A stretch of 64,000 nt of DNA from the human T2T-CHM13v2.0 reference genome, Homo sapiens, in assembly GCF_009914755.1 (NCBI RefSeq), contig NC_060930.1; one strand, given 5' to 3'. The notes beneath the pieces were generated by a model. It was not told the origin of the DNA. It saw nothing but the letters and a program-made list of their open reading frames with translations, and searched no databases. A program made the translations under genes and the position numbers. Positions 10,991 to 26,266 of this stretch are shown here, piece by piece. Each line of letters begins with the position of its first letter. Position 1 is the stretch's first letter.

Positions 10991-13900
10991 TACTAGACTA
11001 CAAGTTTTTTTGTGGGCAGGAACCACAAATGATTCTCCTTTGGACCCAGAGCACCTAATATTACCTAGCAAGAGGTCAACACATGTTTGCATGGATGAAA
11101 GAGAAGCTGCCTGGGCATCTCCTTCCCAGCTCCACCTGAATTAGGTCAATTCTTATCATAAAGGAGCCACACCATACTCGAATTCAACTTACATGAATTT
11201 AACTATTTATATGGAATAAGTTAGAAATAGCGGGGCCTACTCACCACTCCACTTAGTGACTACATGCTCTTTGCTGCAATCAAGCCTAAAACAAAAGGTG
11301 TGAGTGATTTTAGAAGTTTCTCAATCACTGGTAAACAAGTGAGGAATTAAATGAAGGCCCTAAAGAAGCACTGACCACAAAGAGCTAGAGAAATAGTAGA
11401 ACACAGTCATCCCGCCTTGAGAGAATTAACCTTCCTTAAAAAACTCATTTGGTGATTTCTCCACATCAAAAGAATTTAATTACCACTGAAATAAATGGCA
11501 CACAATTACTTCAGTAAAGTATACATATTTTAATGTTTACGTAATTAAACTTTCAATCTAGGGGTGACAGACCAGTAAAGAGAGCAAAGAAATCAATGAA
11601 AACTATGCAAATGCATACAAGATTATTACCACTTTAAAGCAGCAAATGAACTATCTGAGAGAACTTCACCAACCCACCAATTACACCACGGCAAAGATGG
11701 CTTCACAGTGGTGCTTATGATGCAGGTCAGAAAATAAAGGTGGCACTCATGAAATGAGGTGCTGATAAGCCAGATTAGGGGTGTCTTATAAAACTAGTAA
11801 AATTAAATTCTCATAATCCAAATTAGCTCATTTTTGGACAAGCTTGTATTAAGAAATCCATGACATGGTGCTCTGTAGGCATTAAGGTACTGATATGGAA
11901 CAGCCTCCAAGATATAATGAGAGAAAAGCAAGATGCAGTACAATATATATGGGCTTAAGAATAAACATTAGAATATGCCACATATACACAGCATGTTTCT
12001 GAATAGATATGCAAGAAACTTTATTATTTTCAATCTCCCCCAGTAGAATGGACACTCCATTAAGGCAGATCTTGGCCTATTTTGTTCACCCCTGCATCCC
12101 CAAACACAAGAACAGCACCGGTGTTGGCAATGAACCAATGGTAAGCTGTTTCAAAGAGGGGGAACTGGATGTCTGTGGGGTCAGGATGGGAGGGCGACTT
12201 AATTTCCACTGTAAATGCTGTCATATTTTAAAATTTTGTACCATTTTTATAAATTACCTCCTTAAAAAGTGATTTTTTTTTAACAAATGAGTCGCTCAAT
12301 GAGATGTTACAAAGATTTATTAGGCTGACTTTCATCTCCAGGACTTTAGCAAGGTACTAACTAAAAACTGCAGCATGAGTATTAGCAGGCTTGACAGGAG
12401 TGAGACTCATGCTGTTACTAAAAAGGATCAATAATAACTAGAAAATTTTAACTGGTTTAACCACCTCAGAAAACAGTTTCCTACTATTTACTAAAATTGA
12501 AGCTCTGCCTATCATATGACTAAGCAATTCTATTCCATATATCCTAAAGTAAGGTGTATTTGTGAGGCATGCGCAAAAAGGGTCATAACTTTTTTATTGA
12601 TAAGCAGATTATCTATCTGGGAGTGGGTAGGAACAAAGTAGAAGGGACAGAAGACATGGGAGTGACACTTCTCTGAGAATAACTTCAACTTTTGGAACCA
12701 TGTTAACATTTCACATACTCAAAAAAGGACAATAAATAAAATCAAAAATAGAGAGAGGGGCACCTAACATGAAACATAAACAGAATCAAATGAACCAAAC
12801 TGTAGTTCAAATGAATAACATAACCACACAGAAGAAAGCAGGGGAGAAGAGAAGTACTAACTCCTATAACTCTGAATACAGTATTTGGACTACAGGTCCC
12901 CACGCTAACATTTGTTAAAATGCTAACCTCTAGTTAGTGGGTTTCTTTTTCACAAAGGTATGGGCTAACAATTTTGAACCTACTTTCTGGGTACATTAAG
13001 AGTATACAAATAAGTAAATATGTTGTCAATAAAGGGAGTCAGGTTCTTACTGTTGAACAAAGGCGTTACAAACACGAAAAGGGGAATGGGTAGAATAAAC
13101 TCCGCAGTGTAGGGTTGAAACTGGAGGTGTCAGTATGAACTTATGGTTAATATAGATATACAAAAATATAGAAATGTGTGGAATACACATACATTGAAAC
13201 TGAAGGTGTCAGTATGAACTCATGGTTTTTAATATAGATATACAAAAATATAGAAAGGTATGGAATACACACACACACGCACATGCAACCCATAACATCT
13301 ATTTGCTAAGAGGGCCTAGAAGCAATGATACCTCAGTAGCTCTGAGCACACCTAGCACTGAGATCTTGTTTCTAAATATAATTTTCTACCAAGTGTTCCT
13401 TGGAGAAATAGCTGATTCCAGGGAAGGGGTAGGGAAAATATGAGATAAACCTGGTCTCTCTTGTTGTGCCAGAAAATAAGAAAGTGATCAAAGAATCAAG
13501 GGGACATGATAGACAGACACAGACCCAGCTTGAAAAGGCTGGTCAAATACGGAACAATATGAGTTTAAAAAAAAAAACAAAAACAATGATAGTAAAAAAT
13601 TAAACCCATTGAATAACATAAGAATCCATGAGATCACTGAGATATTAATTAACTAGTTAATTAATGGGGGCAAGTCAACTAATAAATGTAAAAGGAGTGA
13701 TGGAATTAGGAAATCTTCATTTGGCAACAATCATGACAATAATGGATTCAGCAAATAGTCATCAATGAAGCCTAAAACTAGTCGGTGAAAGTTTGAGGAG
13801 TAACAGGATATTTACATCCTCTCAAAGTATCTCCCAGAAGATACCATTTACAAAGGAAAGGCAGAAACTTTACAGTGGAGAAACCAGGCAGAATCCATCT

Positions 13901-14076
13901 TAACTAAGTGATCAAAATTAACATCACCAATAATAGAACAAATCAACATTAGCATCTTCAAATGAAGCACTGAGAAAAATACATCACATCTATATTACCG
14001 CCAAAACTGCATAATGTGGATCTAATCATAACCAGATAAACCTCAAGTGAGAGACATACTATTAAAAAAGTAAATA

Positions 14077-14380
<304 letters not shown>

Positions 14381-14450
14381 ACAAAACTGGCCTAAACCCT
14401 TATATAATGTCAGTGTTATAAAGACAAGATTGAGGCACTATTCTAGATTA

Positions 14451-14752
<302 letters not shown>

Positions 14753-15877
14753 GGAGACCAAAAGAAAAAAAGAAAAACTGAATGCACCACATGGCTGGTT
14801 TTTTGTTTTGTTTCACTTTGTTCTTGTGTGTTGGATTTTTATTGTTTTTGTTGCTCTAAAGGGTATTCATTGATAAGTCAATTGGGATAATTGATGAAAT
14901 ATGAATAAAGCCTATAGGTTAGCTACAACGATAGTATTTAATGATTGTAAAACAGTTAATAAGAGAATATCCTTGTTTTTAGGAAATGCACATTGAAGGA
15001 TTGGGTATTATATCTGCAACTTTCTCTTCAACAGTTCAGTGGGGCAAAAGGAGAGAGAGAAGGATAAAACAAATGTGGTAAAATGTTAACATTTGGGAGA
15101 TGTGGTGAAGGTTATAAAAGAATTCTTTGTACTATTCCAGCAATTTTCCTGTATGTCTAAAATTAGATTAAAATTAAAAACTAGAATAAAAGAGTTAAGC
15201 AGGTAATTTATACTTGTTAGGGGTCAGGATAGTGAAAGTTAATATCTGACATGAAGTGCCAAAATATAAACCTAACTGCAATATGTTCTGAAAAGGTTGC
15301 CTAAGCCAATTATGTCCTACATACACCTTCTAAAGAATGAGACTTGAAATAAAATGGATCTACTTAGGACCTTACTTGAGGATAAAAGTTAGTAAAGTAC
15401 CCAAAGGACTGGATTATAAATTAGCAGACTCATCTAAGCCATGCAGCCCAATGTCACTGTACCATATGGAAATTGAAACACGTGCCTTCAGACAGTGGTT
15501 GAGGAAGCATTTTTCTTCTAAAAGTTTGGAAAGTGAATTACCTTACCTAGAAATGTTTGGTTCTATTTTAGATTAATTTAAAACCATTAAATATGAATAC
15601 AATTGTATAAGAATAAATGTATAGAATAGAATAGGATAAAAATGAAAACATTCTGGCTGCATTAGTACTAAAGCTAATGTGATGGATATAAAACTTCAAG
15701 GAATCCACAACAAATCTGTAATTTGTGAAAACTTTCCTTAAAATTTAAAAACCACTACCTTTTCTTCAGAGCATTTCCAGAAAATACCATGAATATACAA
15801 GTCAGAAAAATTATTGCATGTGCTAAAACAGAGACAATCAACATCAACTGAAGAAATGGCTTCACGGGAAAAAGGAT

Positions 15878-16733
<856 letters not shown>

Positions 16734-17183
16734 GAATTTGATTTAACAGTTATTCCATTTGCAGAATTATAAATTTATAGAAATATTTCTTGTAAAATTA
16801 ACTGAAATTAACTATCATTTACAAAGATAGTTACAGTCTATATTTCCAGGAATGTATAAAATAGGACCAAAGAGTGACTTAGTCAAACTGCAAGGAATGA
16901 AAACCTTGCAAGTCAGAATAACTACACTGAACCATAAATAGAATGTATTAATTTTGTAAATAGGTTTAAAAATAAACACCTAAGTGGAGGAAATAAGTAA
17001 TGTGCAGAGAAGGGAGATTAGCTGGGAAATCTCAGGTAAACATTGTTTGGGGTGAAGTTTTAAGGGATTTTTTAAAAGAGTTGACTTTACTAAAATGTAA
17101 ACTTGAAAAATGTAAACTTGAACTGTACTTGAAAAAGTACAGTTCCTCCTCTAGAAAACTTGGCACCTATACATAAAGAAGTG

Positions 17184-17495
17184 GGGCTGGGTGCAGTGAC
17201 TCACACCTGTAATCCCAGTACTCTGGGAGGCCAAAGTTGGAGGATCCCTTGAGCCCAGGAGTTCAAGAACAGCCTAGGCAAACAGTGAGACCCTGTCTAC
17301 ATAGAAAAAAAAATAAATTAGCCAGGCATGGTGGCATGCACCTGTCATCCCAGCTACTCAGAAGCCTGAGAAGGGAGAATTGCTTGAGCCCAGGAGGTCG
17401 AGGTTATAGTGAGCTAGGATCACACCACTATACTCTAGTCTGGGCAAGAGAGCCAGACCCTGTCTCTATTTGAAAAAAATAAAAATAAATAAAAA
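17184..17495 (+). mobile_element. AluJ
   Basis: Diverged dimer with ttgagcccaggag diagnostics. Confidence 0.88.
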
Positions 17496-19666
17496 GTGGG
17501 AAATCTGAATATTCATGTAAGATCTCCTGTGAGTCAACTAAAAAATAACTGGGGTCAAATACAGCACGTCTTCATAGGAGAATCAGCACTGGGGCCATTA
17601 ATTATCCAGCCCCCATTCCCTTCCATCCCTAACTATATTATCAAATTGTCTTCAAACATTTAGGCAGTTACTAAAATTCTAACTTCCTCCAGTAACTTTT
17701 CCTAAAACAGTAGAAATGAGACTGCATTTCTACATCAAGATATTAACATGCTGAAGACCCATGGTGACATAAGGAATTGGCATGAAGTAAAAAGAACACA
17801 GGCTGCAGAGTCCACACCTGGGTCTGTACTGGAGCCCAGTCCCACTTCTCACTGGCCACAAGCTACAGACAAACAGTTCCCATTCTGGAACTCAGTTACC
17901 TTATTAGTAAAATGGAGATAATGTCAAATTGACAAGGTTGTCATTACAAGGATGAAACAGTATATAGAAAGGGCCTTGCATAATGTAGCCATTAGATAAA
18001 TAGCACCTTGTTTTTAATTACTCTTTTGCTTATATGCATTATGCATATACTTCCCAAATCAAGAAAATAGGGACACAGACTGCCAGAATATTTTTGTGTC
18101 TCATATTCAGATGCAAAGGCAGCCCAGGAGGTTAATGTGGACTTATGACATGTTATAATTTCTGAAACATTACAATAGCTTATGAGTTGCTGTTAAAACT
18201 GAACACTTAGCTGCTTAAGAAGCCAGAGTACCTAGTCTGTAATCAATATTTATACAGTACTTATCGTATTCTTTTTATTACTCCAAATATGTTCTTTCTC
18301 CTCTATCAAATTACAAATTTGATTGCTAAAAAAAAAATATACATCTCTATACGCGTCATGGCCCCATCCCTATACTCGTCATGGCCCCTTGAATACATAA
18401 GGCTGAATGAATTTAACTTCAAGTCCTCAATGTCTCTTCCTTCAATATAATCTTAAGATTATAAAAGTCAGGCTCCTTCACCCTGACAATATGCATACAT
18501 GTGTGCACATTCCTTTCCCCAAGTAAAACCAGAATTAGGTGCACAAGGCAATTATTGTTTTCTCTATGCCCAGCACTTCACACGATTTCTGGCACACTAT
18601 AAATGCTTAATGAATGTTAGCTGGGAGATAAATGAGAGAGAACAAGCACCTAGGCAGAATAGTGAGTAGCTAAGCTGTCAGTCATGAAGCTCCAATTTAA
18701 CTCCAATTTCACTCCCTTTACAAATGTGTTTATAATTTTGCACAGCTACTGTTTTATTTCCTTATATAGTGGAACTCCCTTATAACTTCCTCTCACTAGG
18801 ACTAACATGTGTGCTATATGCCAAAAGTCTTCAGTATATGAAACATGTAAAACCCAAAGAATATTGGCAAGCAAAGAATATGTCCTTAGATTCAGATTCT
18901 CTACATCCATGTTTCTGTGATTATACCTCTTCCTGTTTCTTTCCTGTGGGTTTTGCTCATTTCACCCATCTTATCTGTAAACTTCCCAGGAACAGGGAAT
19001 ATATTATTTGCTTCCCTTTTAAGACTCAATGTGCCTAATACAGGACACAGACTGGAATCCTGGCACATATTATTAAAAATTATTTTGCAAACTGGATTGT
19101 TCCTTTTTTTAAAAAAAAAAGGGGGGGGAGAGGGCATCTAACACAAAGTCAAATGCACATAGCTACACACCAGATATATGAAAGAAATTTTCTGTAGTTA
19201 TTTTGTGTGTGTGTAAAATTAGAAATCATATCCTCCCCATGACTCATCAGAGATAAAAGAGGATAAATGAAATCTGTGTGTGAGGTACATGCCATCATGC
19301 ACCAGGACAGTATTAAGCAGCTTCAAAGGTTATTGCTATGTATCAGGCATTATAATAGATTCTGGAGAAAACAAAAATAAGAATGAGATAAGCTCTACGA
19401 AATTGGAAATCAGACTGGTAGACCTAGAGAGTCTGGAGGCTGTTAAAATTCTTATTCTTCTCTAAACTATCTCCTGGTTCTCCATACACTTCAACCACTT
19501 TGTTAGTGCTGGTTCCTTTTCTTTCATCTATCCTCTAACAGCACCATCAGCATCACCTGGGAACTTGTTCAAAAATGCAATTTTTCAAGCCCCAGTCCAC
19601 ACCTACTTAATCAGAAACTATGGGGGTGGGACCCAGAAATCTGTGCTTTACCAAAGCCTCCAGCTA

Positions 19667-19969
19667 TTTCTTTTTTTTTTTCTTTTTTGAGATGGAGTCT
19701 CGCTCTGTCACCTAGGCCGGAGTGCAGTGGCCTAATCTCGGCTCACTGCAATGTCCACCTCCTGGGTTCAAGCGATTCTCTTGCCTTAACCTCCTGAGTA
19801 GCTGGGATTACAGGTGTGCACCACCCCACCCAGCTAATTTTTATATTTTTAGTAGAGATAGGGTTTCACCATGTTGGCCAGGCTAGTCTCAAACTCCTGA
19901 CCTCAAGTGATCCACCCACCTCAGCCTCCCAAAGTGCTGGAGTTACAGGCATGAGCCACCACACCTGGC
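19667..19969 (-). mobile_element. AluS inserted in a MER5A-like element
   Basis: Antisense Alu dimer; the flanks carry MER5A motifs. Confidence 0.9.
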
Positions 19970-20009
19970 CACCTCCAGGTCTACCCAATGCATTTTCAAA
20001 TTTTAGAAC

Positions 20010-20424
20010 TACTATGGTTTGCATGTGTCCTCCATGTGTTAGAGGAGACATGATTCCCCAATGCAACAGCAGTGAGTGGTGGGATCTTTAGTGATTAGGC
20101 CATGAAGACTCTTTTCTCATGAATGAATTAATGCCAGTAGAGTGGGAATAGGTTGACATGATCAGTTCAGCCCCCTTCCCTCTCTCTCTCACCCATGTGA
20201 TGCCTTCTGCCATGTTATGACACAGCAAGAAGGCCCTCACCAGATACTGGCACATTGATCTGGGACTTCCTAGCCTCCAGAACTATCAGGAAATAAATTT
20301 CTGTTCTTTATAAATTAACCAGACTGTTCTTTATAAATTAAACTTAGATCAGTTCTTGTCTTAGTTTGTTTTGTGCTGCCATTATGAAACATAAAATATG
20401 AAATAGCAGCACAAAACAAAGACA
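20010..20424 (+). mobile_element. MST-type MaLR solo LTR with rearranged 3' end
   Basis: tactatggtttg...aagaca flanked by a 5-bp TSD AGAAC (20005-20009 and 20425-20429). Confidence 0.75.
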
Positions 20425-23400
20425 AGAACTGATCCAAGTTTAAATACTGATTTAAACGTCCAAAAGTTCCATTCACCATCTTTTCCAGTTCTCACTCTCC
20501 ATTTTTCTGGCATTGGGGCCTCTCCTACTATCTCTACATCTATAACTACTACTAACAATAACAGCAACAGCTGCCATTTATTATATTAAGCATCTATAAG
20601 ACAGGCATTGTGTTAATCACTGTGCACATAGTACCTTTGTGTTAATCACTGTGCACATGTATAATCTCCACAATTCTTTAATTCAGATAAGAAGCCTAGG
20701 CTTAGAGAAGTTAAATAACTTGCCAAAGGTCAGCCAACCAATAAACAGCATAACAGAGATTTGACCTGCCATCTTCCTAACTCCAAAGTCCACTAAGTTA
20801 ACTACTATACTAACATGCCTCCTAGAAGGTTGCTACTCCCACAGCCTCAGCGGACATCTATATTACAATTGTCCCTAACCATCTCATAAACTCTGAAGTA
20901 GCATTTCCAGTTACTTAGTGGATCTCTCTTTTTAAACTCCCCACAGAAACCTCAGAATTAACACTGCCATTATTTCTTCTCTCCACTTCAAACCTGTTCC
21001 TCTTCCTGTGATTTCTAACTTAATGTCATCATAAGCAAACAGTTGCTCAAACTAGACATATTATCTTTGACTTCTCACTCTCCCTTACCTCTAGCTGGTC
21101 ATAAATGTAGAGATTTTAACATCTAAAAATGTCTCCAAAATCTATCCATTCCCATTGTCCAACATTTCTCACCTACACTCTAGTCTCCCTGCCTCTCTAC
21201 TCTAATGCAATCTGCACACGAACTGTCAACTTTCTGATTATTCTACCTTCTATGGCTCTCCACTGCCAATGGATGGGAGGAGTCTAGACTTTTTAGGATG
21301 AAGTGGAAGACCCCCTCATAATTTGGCTCCAAAAACAGCTTCCTGCCTCATCACTTCCCCCATGCAATAAGAAGTGATTAGGCCCTCATGAATGGATGAA
21401 TGCCATTATAGCAGGAATGGGTTCATTATCTCAGGAATGGGTTCTTGAGATGAGTTCAGCCCTCTCCCCTCTCTTGCCCACAAGAAACAACTCAAGATAT
21501 TTCCAAAAGCGCCATTTAATTTTAATATTCAGCAACTTTGCTTATGCTGGCCCCTGGAATGCTCTCTTCCACCTCTACATGTGGCGAAATTTTATTTAAC
21601 CCTCAGAGCTAAGCTCCATCCCCTTCTTCTCAACATGTTCCCTATCAGTTTTTTCTCCAGCCAAAGCACTCTACTCCCCCAGCACATTATTCATTCCAAA
21701 AGTGATTAATTTGTCACAGCACATAATGGTTAGTGGTTTATCTCTTCTGATGAACACTTAGTATGCTGAGCATATACTGTGTCTTAACTTCTTTGTCTTC
21801 CCAGCACCCAACGAAGTGTCTCGCCATAGCCAGCACCCAGTAAGTATCTGCTGAGTTGTTAAATAATGCAACATTTGCAGTTGTAACTTTACACATCTTG
21901 GTTAGCAATTCAACTTCAGGTTTACATACCACTCAAAAGAATTTTCACATAACAGAAGATGTTATAAATAAAGACCAAGGGTTCAATATTCAGCAGCAGG
22001 GTCTTTAATTATTCTGAAATCTCTTTGGTCAGTATTTTTAAGCATCGTTCATCAGAAAGACTCCTTTCCCAACTAACATTTGTATATTTTACAGGATCAG
22101 CAGTAAAGACAAACCTCAGAGAGATAATCCCAAACAAAACTATGTCACTGAGTGTGACTGGATGACTATTGGTACATCATTTCAGTAAATTTCCAATACA
22201 ATGGCCCAAGTACATCAGGTAGATTTTAGATAATGAGACATGCACCACTGACTACCTAAAATACATGCACATTAGTGAGGCATCGATTCCAATTAGTAAT
22301 TGAAATCAAAAGTATATTAACAACCTGATATTGGTTCAAGCGTAATATCCTTTACTTTCAAGTAAGGATAACACTTATTCTTGTCAAAGACTGTACTCTG
22401 ATTAATACAACCTCTATCCCACCTTACAAGAAGGCTGTATCTTGTTAACAGTGGGATGCTGATAAGCCCGCCTTAATCCTTAACACTTTGCCTTCCCAAC
22501 CTGCTAAGCCATCTCTCTCCAGTATTCCCCTATAAGAGACGTTCCGCTCCAGTTACCAGACATAAAAGTCGTCTTGGTATATCCTCCAACAACCAAATTC
22601 ACATTATTATTTTCTCAGCTCCTGGTTTATTTCCTAACAAATTTTAACTTCTTTCAGAGACCAAGTCAAATCTTGCCTCTTCCAAAGAGTTCCCTAACTC
22701 AGCCTACACATCCTATCTTTTCTGATTTTCTACCACATTTATAGTCCTCAAACAGCACTGGTTACCTGCTACTTAACTTGGTTTTATAATTATTTTATAC
22801 ATCTCCTAGCTAGACTACTGCTCTCAAAGGGAAAAAAAAGACAGGTCTTCTATGTCATTTTTCACTCCATAATCCTCCTCCCACACCTATCATGATACTG
22901 GGCAGAGGGAGGCACATGTATTAAGTACTTGATGGACTGAACTCAATGCTTTCTATACATAGATACACCACTTGAGCATAGTGTGCTATATAACAAATAT
23001 CCATTGCATGCCTACTCTGTGGCAAGCACATTTTTCCTATGTGTTAGACATAGGGCAAGGAGGAAAACACAGATGACTCCTGTCCTAAAAGCTATTACAG
23101 TGGAGGGAGGAAGACACTTTGAATTCCGAGTAATCTAATAAGTGTTACAAAGCAAGGTTATTACTGGTTCCAAGAGGTAACATACTTTACAGATTCTCAG
23201 TTATGAAACAGAATCATAGAATTTTAGACCTAAATGAGAACCTTGAACTTATTTTCCTCTATCCTCTTACACAAAACATTAGATTTCAGTACAGCCTATC
23301 TTTTCACTGGTTCTACAAATTGCCTTAATCAACAGAAAGAAAAGACTGGCTTCTTCCCTGTCTCCAATACTCCTCGCTCCCAAGTATGGTAACCACAACC

Positions 23401-23899
23401 CCTATACATCTACCCATGATAGAGTCCAGAGCACTGAGAAGACAGCACAGGGCTGAGGATGAGCTACACCTTTACATGCTGGGTTCTCCCATCATCAACA
23501 CTTTCCGCCCACACAGTGAACAGAATCCGTATTTTCTGCCCAGAAAATAGCAGCCTGTACTGCCTTTAGGAAAAACAAACAAAACATGCTTCCATACTTC
23601 CTTGGATCTACTAATGACAAAAGCACAACACGGTTCTGGGAAATATAGCAAGATAACTAAGTCTATGAGGAAGTAAGAAATGAGGATGCCTATCAGCACC
23701 TTGGTCTCAAAATCTGTAACAACAATGTACTAAAACGCCAAGGAAACACATGCACATACATGTGAAGTTAGAAACTCTAGGCAACAGGTTGGCTGCCCCG
23801 GATCTATACTGACAGGTCGCCCTCCCAAGGTCGTGGGTGTGTCTGATGCCGCACGCAGGCACTGATTCACAACTCTCTCCATAACAACCAGCTCCTACT

Positions 23900-24900
23900 C
23901 AGAGGCTGGCCAGGGCAGGGGAGATGAGGGCCCCAGCAGTCCCAAACTTTCCAAACCCCCACCCCGGGGTCCCGGGTTTCGCCTCCTCAGTCCCAGGCAA
24001 CGTCGTCTCAGACAGGATACGAGACTGCTAGGGAACCTGGGCTGCCCCTGATTCGAACTCCTCTCTTTGGGAGGCTGGTAGAGCCACCCCGAATCCCCGA
24101 AACGTCTACTTCCCACTACACCTTCGTGGACTGCGAACGGGACGGCTACCGCTCTCCCAGAGCACCCGGGCCCAAGAAATGACCCTCGTCAGGCCCCGTC
24201 CCAGCTCCTCCCCCGCCCCCGGAAAAAGCGGCGGAGGGGCGGGGGGCGGTGCGCGCGGATACGGCGGGGGCGCGCGTCCCCGCGCCGCAGGTGCGGCCAG
24301 GCCCCACCTCCCCTGCAAGGACCCGGCTACTCACCCCAGCGATGCTCCTCTGAGACCAAGCTGCGACACAGACGCCTCTTCCGCCCGCTCCGCACCCCTC
24401 TCTGCGCCACCGCCCCCTTGGCCGCTTCCGTGGCCGCCGTCCTCGCCGCCGCCCCGGCTGCTGCGGCGCGCGTCCGCTTTCACGCACTCCGCCGTGGCCG
24501 CGCACGCGCCACTGCGCGCTGGCGTCACTTAGCAACCGATCGACAGCGGGCTGCTGGGTCCGGCGATGCAGGCCCAGAAAGTCGCCTAAGGCAGCTTCCG
24601 CGGCTTTTTCGCATCGGCCCGACCCTCTGCCCCTCCAGAACAGGGGGCCCCAGGGTGTGGCTGCCCTGCCGGCACCTGGCTCCGGGTAAGTCGAGTCACC
24701 ACACGTCACTGTATGGCGTCACCGGCGCACGTCACTACGGATGAGAAGGTCCTGGGCGCCTGTGGAGTGACCTCGTCCAGACCGCCGCAGACCCGATCGG
24801 CAAGTTCTTGGAGGTGCAGGAAGGTTCTCCAAGGAGTAGGACCAGAAAGGGATGAGAGCGCGAGCGCGGTTAATGTCGAGGCTGCTAAGTGATGCTCGTT
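23900..24900. promoter_or_regulatory. BTBD9: CpG island / BTBD9 promoter
   Basis: Very high GC and CpG density against a CpG-depleted background; GC boxes, four CGTCA (CRE/ATF half) sites and an X-box-like GTCACTTAGCAAC. Confidence 0.9.
24335..24710 (-). other. BTBD9: BTBD9 exon 1 (5'UTR; 5' boundary uncertain)
   Basis: Canonical donor GCTGGG|GTGAGT. The translation ...AAWSQRSIAG matches my recollection of the BTBD9 cDNA leader, and the site lies about 36 kb from the GLO1 3' end on the same strand. Confidence 0.78.
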
Positions 24901-24986
24901 AATTTCGCAGCAGGGTGTGACTGGCCCAGCCTTGACTCTCAGTTTCCTCTCTCAGTAAATGGGCATAATAATACCGGTCCAGCCTA

Positions 24987-25346
<360 letters not shown>

Positions 25347-26266
25347 TTATCTATCTACATAGATAAGAGTCCTAGAAATCCGGGTGCAGGTCTGACTGTA
25401 GCTGGTGTAGGAAAGTCAGTTATCCCCGACGCTGGAGCAAGCTAGGGGACCGCCCTTGCAGTTGTTGGAGGAGACAAATTGGGAAGGACTTAATTCCGGG
25501 CAAAGGAAGCTTCATGAGTAAAAGTAGAAAGTGAAAATGGTCAGGAAAAGCAAGGCTTGGGGCAGGGAGACCCATTTTTAGGCCATTGCAGTACTCCAGA
25601 CAAGTGATAAGAACATTAAACAAGGCATTGGCAGTGGGAATAGAGGAGGGGATAGATGTTAGCGCCATTAAGGTGGTAGAATTCACAGCACTGAGTGCGG
25701 ATAAATGAGTAGGCCAGGTTTCTAGCATGAGTGCTGAGGTAGACAGTGGTAACATTTAGCAAGATGGCAAGCTACATGAGTCTTGATTATCCACAAGTGT
25801 CTAAGTTACTATTATAGATAGTGATGGTGACATTTCTTAGGAGGATGACCAGATATGTGGAGTATGATGATGAGTTCAAATATGGATATGTTTGTTAGGG
25901 AAACATTTACTCTCCATTCACAATGTCTTTCTTCCATATGGAATGATATCCATTAGTGTAATACTCTCCTGGTTTCTCTTATACCTGTCTGCAACTCACT
26001 CTTGCCTAGAGGAGTGACTTCCTGATTGGTGAACTTAAATGGGAGAAACTGGACATGTGGCATCTATCCCATTCTTTTTCTCTTAAAAGATAACTATCTT
26101 CAGGGAACTGTCCTGGTGTTCTTTTCCGTTTCTTCTGGAGCAGGGCCTGTGGGTAGGGACAAGGGTGCCTAGTCCAGGGCTACAAAGAGAGTATATGTAT
26201 TTAATTCCAGAGTTTGGCATTAGGAAGCTGTCTGTCCACAGATAATATTTAATACCAGCTTTGTCA

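Noticed and set aside
20608-20658. Microduplications (22-bp here; others at about 28455-28490, 39374-39408, 49184-49233 and 56335-56392)
   Set aside because: Ordinary slippage scars in repeat-derived DNA with no evidence of function.
21372-21482. Isolated MST-like fragment resembling 20091-20195
   Set aside because: Too diverged to tell a local copy from an independent LTR fragment by eye.
24146-24744. Overlapping GC-rich ORFs (up to 187 aa) as standalone genes
   Set aside because: Stop codons are scarce in CpG islands; the longest ORF starts at GTG and runs through the exon 1 donor into the intron.
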